Below the pieces are notes generated by a model. It did no database searches. It was not told where the DNA came from and saw only the letters and a program-made list of their open reading frames with translations. 64,000 nucleotides of DNA from Eledone cirrhosa (taxonomy: Eukaryota), in the NCBI GenBank assembly GCA_964016885.1, contig OZ024741.1, positions 54,250,001-54,314,000 of the forward strand, in the 5' to 3' direction. The position numbers and the translations under genes were made by a program. Shown here in pieces: positions 57,476-64,000 of this stretch (position 1 is the first letter of the stretch; each line of letters starts with the position of its first letter).

Positions 57476-59009
57476 GTGATGGCGAGATAGCCTCATCTGT
57501 TGTATCGTCTGTGTGATTGGGGAGGGGTATGTCTTGGGGAGCTGTTGTGTCTGTATGTGATTTTGCAGTGGTTTTAGGTGGAGTGGGGTTGGGTGGGACT
57601 GTGTTTGTTGTGGTTATTTTTGTGTGTTGGTGTTGTTGTTGTTGTTGTGGTGGTGTTGGTGGTTGTGTTGTTTTGATGGGTGTCGGCAGAAGAGCCTTTT
57701 TTTGGTTCATTAATTTAGGACAGGGAGCCCTCAGGTGACCCCTGCTAAAGCAATGGTAACATGAAGGCCGCCTACCCTCAACCGAAAAGTTTATGTAGGT
57801 GAGTCCGTCCAGGAGTACACGCTGTGGGATCATAGCTATTCGCTCTGGGCTCATTTGCACCAGAACTTCAATGCTAGTCCCATTGAATACATCTCTGGGG
57901 GACTTTCCTACTGACAGTATTCTGTCTTCATCAAAATTGATGAAGCCGCACAGTATCCACCATATGTTCACCTTTGGTGTGACACTCGTTATTCTGATCT
58001 TTTGTGTCCTTTTTCCCATGTATGTAGGAAAAAAGGTGTACAGGTTGGATACAATTGGCGACACAGAGTAATTTTGGGCCGTCAATTGATCCTTCATGAG
58101 TACCGAAATACTCCCCAAAAGTTTACTTCTTTGAATGAATGCAATATCATTCATTGAATTTTTGAAAACCATTCAATTTCTTTCTGTGACAATTGGACTG
58201 GTTTTCGGGTAGAATTGGAAACTGTCCTAAAAACTATCGTTTTGAGAGCAGTTTCCTTGCGAATTTCTACCGGAGAATTGATGCTGAAAGCACCATTTTT
58301 TTCGAAAGTGACATATCTCTTAGCGTCCTTTAAAAGTTGTTCAGCATTTGTTATGTCGAGATATATCAATTCTTCCTTCTTTTGAACTTTCTCTGCAAAG
58401 GAAATTTTTGGTTTCTTTGTGGAATCCGTATTGGAGGTGTTATCATTATTGTTGTTATTCTTGTTGTTATTCTTGTTGTCACCGATGTTGGTATCATCCG
58501 TATTTTCCTTGGTGTTGTTGTTGTCTTTGATGCTGGTGTTATTGGTGTTGTCTTTATTTTTTTCTTTGTTGTTGTTATCATTGTTGCTTTTATCATCATT
58601 ATTGGTTTTGCTGTTATTTTTGTTGTCATTGAACTGTTTGGTGTTATTTGTGTTGTTTGGATATGTATTCGTTTTTTTATTTTCATTTTGTCTTTCCATC
58701 TCTATAGTATCTAGTGAAGAAGACGTTGTTGACTGCGAGCTTGGTAGTCTTACCGCCTCTCCACCACCATTATCGTTGGACACAGCGTTCATAACGTAAT
58801 CAAAATTTTACAATATTTTTTCCAAGATTCGATGGAGAAAAATTTTTTAAATGGATATTCCGCCCCTGTAGGGGCGAAAATGAGTTGACCCACCACCTGA
58901 AGGTCCAGACGGGTGGTCAAGTTACACAATGATATAAAATTTAACTAAAAACTCACGTTTTTTTCTTACATAAATTAACGGAAACTTCTCCGCGAAGTTA
59001 CACACGTCT
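57475..59009 (-). mobile_element. Tx1-clade LINE copy E4, 5' portion only (5' UTR plus most of ORF1)
   Basis: ORF1 from 58792 (Asn-rich), frameshift ~58170, FFPTYMGKRTQKI, CYHCFSRGHLRAPC; homology ends at ..DEAISPSP (~57475). Confidence 0.88.
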
Positions 59010-59065
<56 letters not shown>

Positions 59066-59072
59066 GATAGAT
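59010..59072. repeat. (GATA)n tract joining the E5 3' end to the E4 5' end
   Basis: ~15 GATA units directly between the two elements. Confidence 0.95.
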
Positions 59073-59286
59073 TTCTTTATTTACCATAAAGGCATAAAAA
59101 GAAGGGACAAATACAAAGGGGGAGTTTACATATAATCGAGTAAAAAGGGTGTAACATGAAAATAATCGAAAATAACCTCAAAAGGGAGGGGACGTGATGG
59201 GGGTTGCACACACCCCCGAAAAAGTGTGCAATCCTTTGCCCGGGGAGCACATGGAGAAGGTGCTCCCCTCTCCTTTACTTCTTTAC

Positions 59287-62200
59287 CTACAGGATGGTAT
59301 ACAGAGAAGGCCCATTTACACGAGCCATTCTCGCCACTATCACCCACCTTTCATAAAACTGCCTGTGGCCAAGCACCTCTCTCTCCATTCTTATCCTTCT
59401 TCCGAAGTGATATCGGAAGAAGTAGACCAGACTATGGCCAGAGAGGAAGTTGCCTGACCTCAGACCTTTCAATCGTGTCCACCAAACAACCTCTTTCAAC
59501 ATGGCTATTACGCACAGAAAAACCGCCTTTGCTTCCTTTGTGAAGAGGGGAGGCGGTTTGATTGTCATCACGGACTCGGTGGTCAATTTAATCGGCGCCA
59601 CCCGCGACAGCAGTTGTTCGGCGTAGCCCCACAGATCAGCCACGCCCGGACATTGCACCAATGCGTGCGCTACGGTTTCTTCGTGACGCACGCATCTAGG
59701 GCAAATCTTTTTTGAGGGATCCCTGCCCGGGCGCCCGTGTCTGTAGAGCCTCTATCGAACGGGTAGAGCCCCTCGGTAGCACTGCCAGGCCAGTGACTTC
59801 TGGAAGTTGTCCATTGGTCCTGGGCCGAAAGTCCTACCGAACAGGCTGGCCAGTTCGTCTTCTTCCATGTCCAGCGACTCTCCAAGGGTGTCATCGCCCC
59901 TGCTAGCCACCAACCCTCTATAGAATGATGAGGTGGATTCTCCACCGATGGCCTGGCCCGCTTGCCAGAGAGCCCTGGGCGCCTGAGCACACTCAGTGTG
60001 CCAGTCTCCCAGTTTTCCGGATCTTTGCTTGACCCAGGACTGTAGCTCGGTGAGTGAGACGAGTCTCGGAAAGGCTCGTTTCACGAACGGAGCCCACACC
60101 GGTTGACCAGTGAGGAATACCTGTAGGTGCCGTAGCCTTAATGCGTGCCTACGCATCATCAACCACGGCATCCCCAGCCCTCCTTTCGAAGGTTGTTGGC
60201 AGCAGATGGATCTTCTCACCATAGGAGGACGCTTCTTCCAAAGAAATTGGAAGAGCATGCGTTCCATGGTGGTGAGTGTTTCCTTAGGGCAAGGCACGAC
60301 AGTCAGGCGGTAGTAAGTGACGGACGCTATGTAAATGTTCGCCACCTCCGCCCGGCCTTTTAGGGACAGCTTACACTTGGCCCATTTCTGGGTTAGTGCA
60401 AACACCTTGTTCGTAACCTCGTTCCAGTTCTTTTCCACCTGGAGGTCCGGTCCAAACCAGACCCCAAGCAACTTTACCGGGCCCTCCGTCCAGTGTCCGA
60501 CGACACCGTCAGGAGGCATCGGTTTGCCTCTCCACGTTCCGAGTTTCAGTCCGATGGATTTTTCCCGGTTCAGTTTCGCTCCTGACAACCTTTCGTACTC
60601 CTCCAGTAAGGTACCGATCGCCTCGATCTCCGAGTCGGTTGATACCATTACTGTTACGTCATCGGCGTAGGCCGACACCGCTTTGCTCAATCCTGGTTCC
60701 AGGGGGGATACCCTGCAACAACTCCAACTTCCTCAGTAAAGGCTCGAGAGTCAATACGTACAGAAGGGAGGAGAGAGGGCACCCCTGTCGAATGGATCGT
60801 GTGATTTCGAACGGCTTCGAAAGGTAGCCGTTCACCTTGATCCTAGAACAGATGTGGTTGCTATGTAGGGCAGTGATCCAGCCTCTGAAAACAGGACCGA
60901 ACCCAGCCGCCGCTAGCACCGCATCCAGGTAACCATGGTCGACCCTATCGAAGGCCTTAGACTGATCCAAGTTGATCAGGGCCCCACCGAAGCCGGGTTT
61001 GTTGCCAAACCTCTCTATGATGTATCGCATGAGGTGGAGGTGATCGTGAATGGACCTGGATGGGATAGCACATGTCTGCGCATCTCCCACCAGGCCACCC
61101 ACGACAAGCGCCAACCTCTTTGCTAACACCTTGGCCAAAATCTTTAACTCTGTGTTTAGCAGGGTTATGGGCCAAAAATTATTTATACTATCCCCCTTGT
61201 TCTCGTCCTTCCTCACCAGCGTAACTACGCCCTTGGCTACAGAACAAGGAATTCTCCCGTTCTGCTGCCAATTGCAGTAGACCGCTTCGAGGAGTTCGGA
61301 GAAGAAGACCGGCATTGCTAAATAAAGTTCGTAAGGTATACCATCGAGACCTGGAGATTTGCGTCTGCTGCATTGGCTCAGCGCATCTCCGATCTCATCA
61401 GCCGAGATTGGTCCCTCGCAGGACTCTGCCTCTTCGTTCGAGAGACGCGGCAGGCCGTCGAGGTATGGACCGAAATCCACGCCCCGGCCCGGACCCTCGC
61501 CTCCCCCGAACAATCGGGCAAAGTGCTTTTGAAAGGCCTCGCACATCTGCTTAGGCTCCCGGATCACTCGTCCATCTTCGTCTTGCAACGACCGGATGGT
61601 GGATCGATTTCCACTCTTAGCTTCTGTCACGCGGGCCCATCCAACGGCTTTGGCCCCCTCATTACCTAGAGCACGTGTTTTACTTCGAATGACGCAGCCT
61701 TCGTGCTTTGCATCGAAAAACTGGTTCAAGGCCGTCCTCGATGCCAGCACTCTGGCCACATCTTCGCTCTTGATTGCCTCTTCTAATTTACCTGTTAATT
61801 CTTTCTCGTTTCTATTCCTATCGGCAGCTAACATCTTGCTATAACTTATTGATTCTGTTCTAATCTCTCTTTTGAGAGATGCCCACCATCGGTTGTTGAC
61901 GATTGCACCCGTCAACCTCTCCTTAACTAATCTGCTAATCCGGTTTCTGTAAGTCTCTTTTGCCGGTAAAGACAAATTAAGTTTCCAGTAACCGGGACCC
62001 TGTCTATGTGTTTTCTCGAGATTGACCACGCAGGTCACTAATTTGTGATCCGTGTAGCCAACCGTGCGCATTTCTGGACAGCTTAATATGTCCCTATCCT
62101 TACTTCTAACTAAGAATCTATCTAAGTACGATCTAGATTGACCACTGTGGTTTCTCCAAGTCCAGGTAGGCACAGTTGGAAAATCTAGTCGATATCTATC

Positions 62201-62725
62201 GACCAAGTTAAAACGGTCGAGTAACCCCTTGAGGCTGTTACACCCCCCTCTATTAGGACATGCTCCTGCATAGTCCCAACGTGCATCCATGATGTCATTC
62301 CAATCCCCCGCTAGAAGCAGGGAACGCGACGTTCCCAGAAAAGTCTCCAAACGCTGGAAGAAGTCGGGCCGTTCAGCTCCGAAAGGGGAGTAGACGGCGA
62401 CCAGTCTCAAGGCCGCACTTTCACTACTGCCAACGTCTAGCACCAACAAACGACCCTCCGGGTCCGAGTGCACAACCTGTACGGCAAGACCCAGGTGTTT
62501 TTGCAGCAGTACGACAACCCCACCCCCACCTCCAGGTTGACAGAGAGATGCATGCACCTCAAAGTCATCGAAGGTGGGGGCCAGCTGCCGCACGACGCTG
62601 ATTCGAGTCTCACAGATAACCATTACATTTATACTACATGACCTGAGGTCATTTAGAAGCTTTGCTTGCTTCCAAGTTGAGCCCAGGCCACGTGCATTCA
62701 AACATCCTACTCTTAACACATCCAT
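59287..62725 (-). pseudogene. E5 ORF2 (APE + RT + Zn finger), one frameshift (~60700) and one stop (59752-59754)
   Basis: LNARGL, GDWN, YLDRF, TDHK, KSPGLDG, QGCPLS, YADD across ORFs 60659-62725, 59752-60690 and 59287-59691. Confidence 0.92.
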
Positions 62726-62758
62726 GTGGGCGGCAGAGCCAAAGGAGAGTGTAGAGAC

Positions 62759-64000
62759 CTACCTTTCCGCTTCCCGGGGTTCGGGTTGCACGACTTCCAT
62801 GGGATCGGGGGTGTTGGGTGAAGGGGTGTCTTGTGGTGGTGTGGGGTCGTCAGTGTGTGGTGGGGTTGGGGTGTTTGGAGTTGTGTTGGGGAGGGGAAGG
62901 GGAGGGGGAAAGCTTTTTAGTAGGACGCGGTTTATGGGTTTGACAGAGGGTGGTCCTACGTCCTCCTTAAAATCCTTTTTTAGTTTTTGGTAGAGGTTCA
63001 TTGGGATTTTTATTAGTTTTAAATGTGGGTGGTTTTCTGACGAAACAAAGTTTACACCTTCGGTTTGTACCGAAGGATTATTGTATATGAGTTCATTTAA
63101 TTTATTGTTGTTTCTGTTGATGTAAGTATAGTGTAATGTCTTTTTTTCCGATGGTGTGAGTGTTTCGAAGAGGGGAGGGGCAGGTTTGGTTTTGTTTGTT
63201 GCTGGAGGGGTGTTTTCTGTTTTGTTGGATTGTGTTGCGATTTGGGTGGGGGTTGTTTGTCCTTGTGTGTTTTGCACATGTTTTCTTTTTTTCCTTTTAA
63301 TCTGTCTGAAGGACTCCGTTTCTTCCTCCGAATTCGTTGGGTTATCTTCAGTGTTGGAGGGAAGAGGTATGTTTGCTGGTAATGTTTCCGTGTTGGTTTT
63401 CTTTGTGGGGGAGATGGATGTCACTATGTTAGACTGTGTTGTGTGTTGTGTCTGCGGTGGTTGTGTTGTTTTATTGAGTGAGAGGTTGGGTGGGCCTGTA
63501 TTTTGTTTTGGGGTAATGTGTTGTGACTGTTTGTGTTGTGGTGGTGTTGTGGTTTTACTGAGGGACGGGTTGGGTGGGGCTGAGTTTTGTTGTTTGTTTA
63601 TCTGTTGTGGTGGTGGTGGTGGAGCTGGTGTTGGTAGCAGGGTTTTCTTTTTGTTGAGTTGGGGACAAGCGGCCTTCAGGTGCCCTCTGCCTGCACAGAT
63701 ATGGTAGGACGGCCTTCTCCCCTCCACGCTAATGTTTATATACCCGTGGTCCTCTAATAGGATTCTGTCGGGTATTTGGGCGATGCGTTCAGGCTTCATT
63801 TGTACTACCAGCTCTATACCTGTTCCACTGAACGCATTGCCTGTGGTTTTCCCAATGGAAATCACGTTGTTATTTACTGGATCGATGAAACCAGCTATGA
63901 GCCAGCAGTAGTCCACATCTGGCATCATAGCATCCAGCCATATGCGTTGAGTTCTTTTCCCCATATAAGATGGATAAAAGGTGAAATTTTTCGAACGAAT
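62759..64000 (-). CDS. E5 ORF1 (partial, 5' end outside window)
   Basis: MGKRTQRI..VEGRRPSYHICAGRGHLKAAC..PINRVLL; homologous to E1/E2/E4 ORF1. Confidence 0.88.
   Translation of the reverse strand: MRSKNFTFYPSYMGKRTQRIWLDAMMPDVDYCWLIAGFIDPVNNNVISIGKTTGNAFSGTGIELVVQMKPERIAQIPDRILLEDHGYINISVEGRRPSYHICAGRGHLKAACPQLNKKKTLLPTPAPPPPPQQINKQQNSAPPNPSLSKTTTPPQHKQSQHITPKQNTGPPNLSLNKTTQPPQTQHTTQSNIVTSISPTKKTNTETLPANIPLPSNTEDNPTNSEEETESFRQIKRKKRKHVQNTQGQTTPTQIATQSNKTENTPPATNKTKPAPPLFETLTPSEKKTLHYTYINRNNNKLNELIYNNPSVQTEGVNFVSSENHPHLKLIKIPMNLYQKLKKDFKEDVGPPSVKPINRVLLKSFPPPLPLPNTTPNTPTPPHTDDPTPPQDTPSPNTPDPMEVVQPEPREAER

Larger units (their letters stand above)
59010..64000 (-). mobile_element. Tx1-clade LINE copy E5 (runs off the window end)
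   Basis: AATAAA at 59076-59081, 3' UTR, ORF2 and ORF1. Confidence 0.93.

Noticed and set aside
49439-59072. Telomeric retrotransposon array (HeT-A/TART- or SART/TRAS-like)
   Set aside because: Junction repeats are GATA/TATC, not TTAGGG-type, and nothing in the window indicates a chromosome end; cannot be fully excluded without scaffold position.
44020-63707. Recurrent plus-strand and alternate-frame ORFs inside the Tx1 copies (e.g. MFATSARPFRDSLH.., MIRAPPKPG..)
   Set aside because: Shadows of the conserved GC-rich ORF2/ORF1; their recurrence follows from sense-strand conservation.

Overview
Eukaryotic, extremely microsatellite-rich animal DNA. The dispersed SINE and the (TA)n/(CA)n load resemble an octopus/cephalopod genome; this is recognition from memory, not a database hit. 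No host protein-coding gene is supportable. The first ~43.6 kb is a patchwork of microsatellites, tRNA-derived SINEs, fragments of Penelope-like (PLE), CRE and RTE retroelements, and one internally deleted hAT/Buster transposon with TIRs and an 8-bp TSD. It also holds many short fold-back (inverted-repeat) elements sitting in (TA)n tracts, several carrying recognisable type I hammerhead ribozyme motifs. The last ~20.3 kb (43.7-64 kb) is an uninterrupted head-to-tail array of five mutually divergent Tx1-clade (L1-group) LINEs, all on the minus strand. Where their 3' ends are intact they finish in AATAAA followed by (TATC)n with no poly(A), abutting the 5' end of the next copy. They share twin hairpins in both UTRs, a splice-donor-like motif over the ORF1 stop, and an unfamiliar conserved ORF1 C-terminal block. 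Best candidates for something new: a (GATA/TATC)n-linked, array-forming Tx1 lineage, and a diverse set of hammerhead-bearing fold-back elements.
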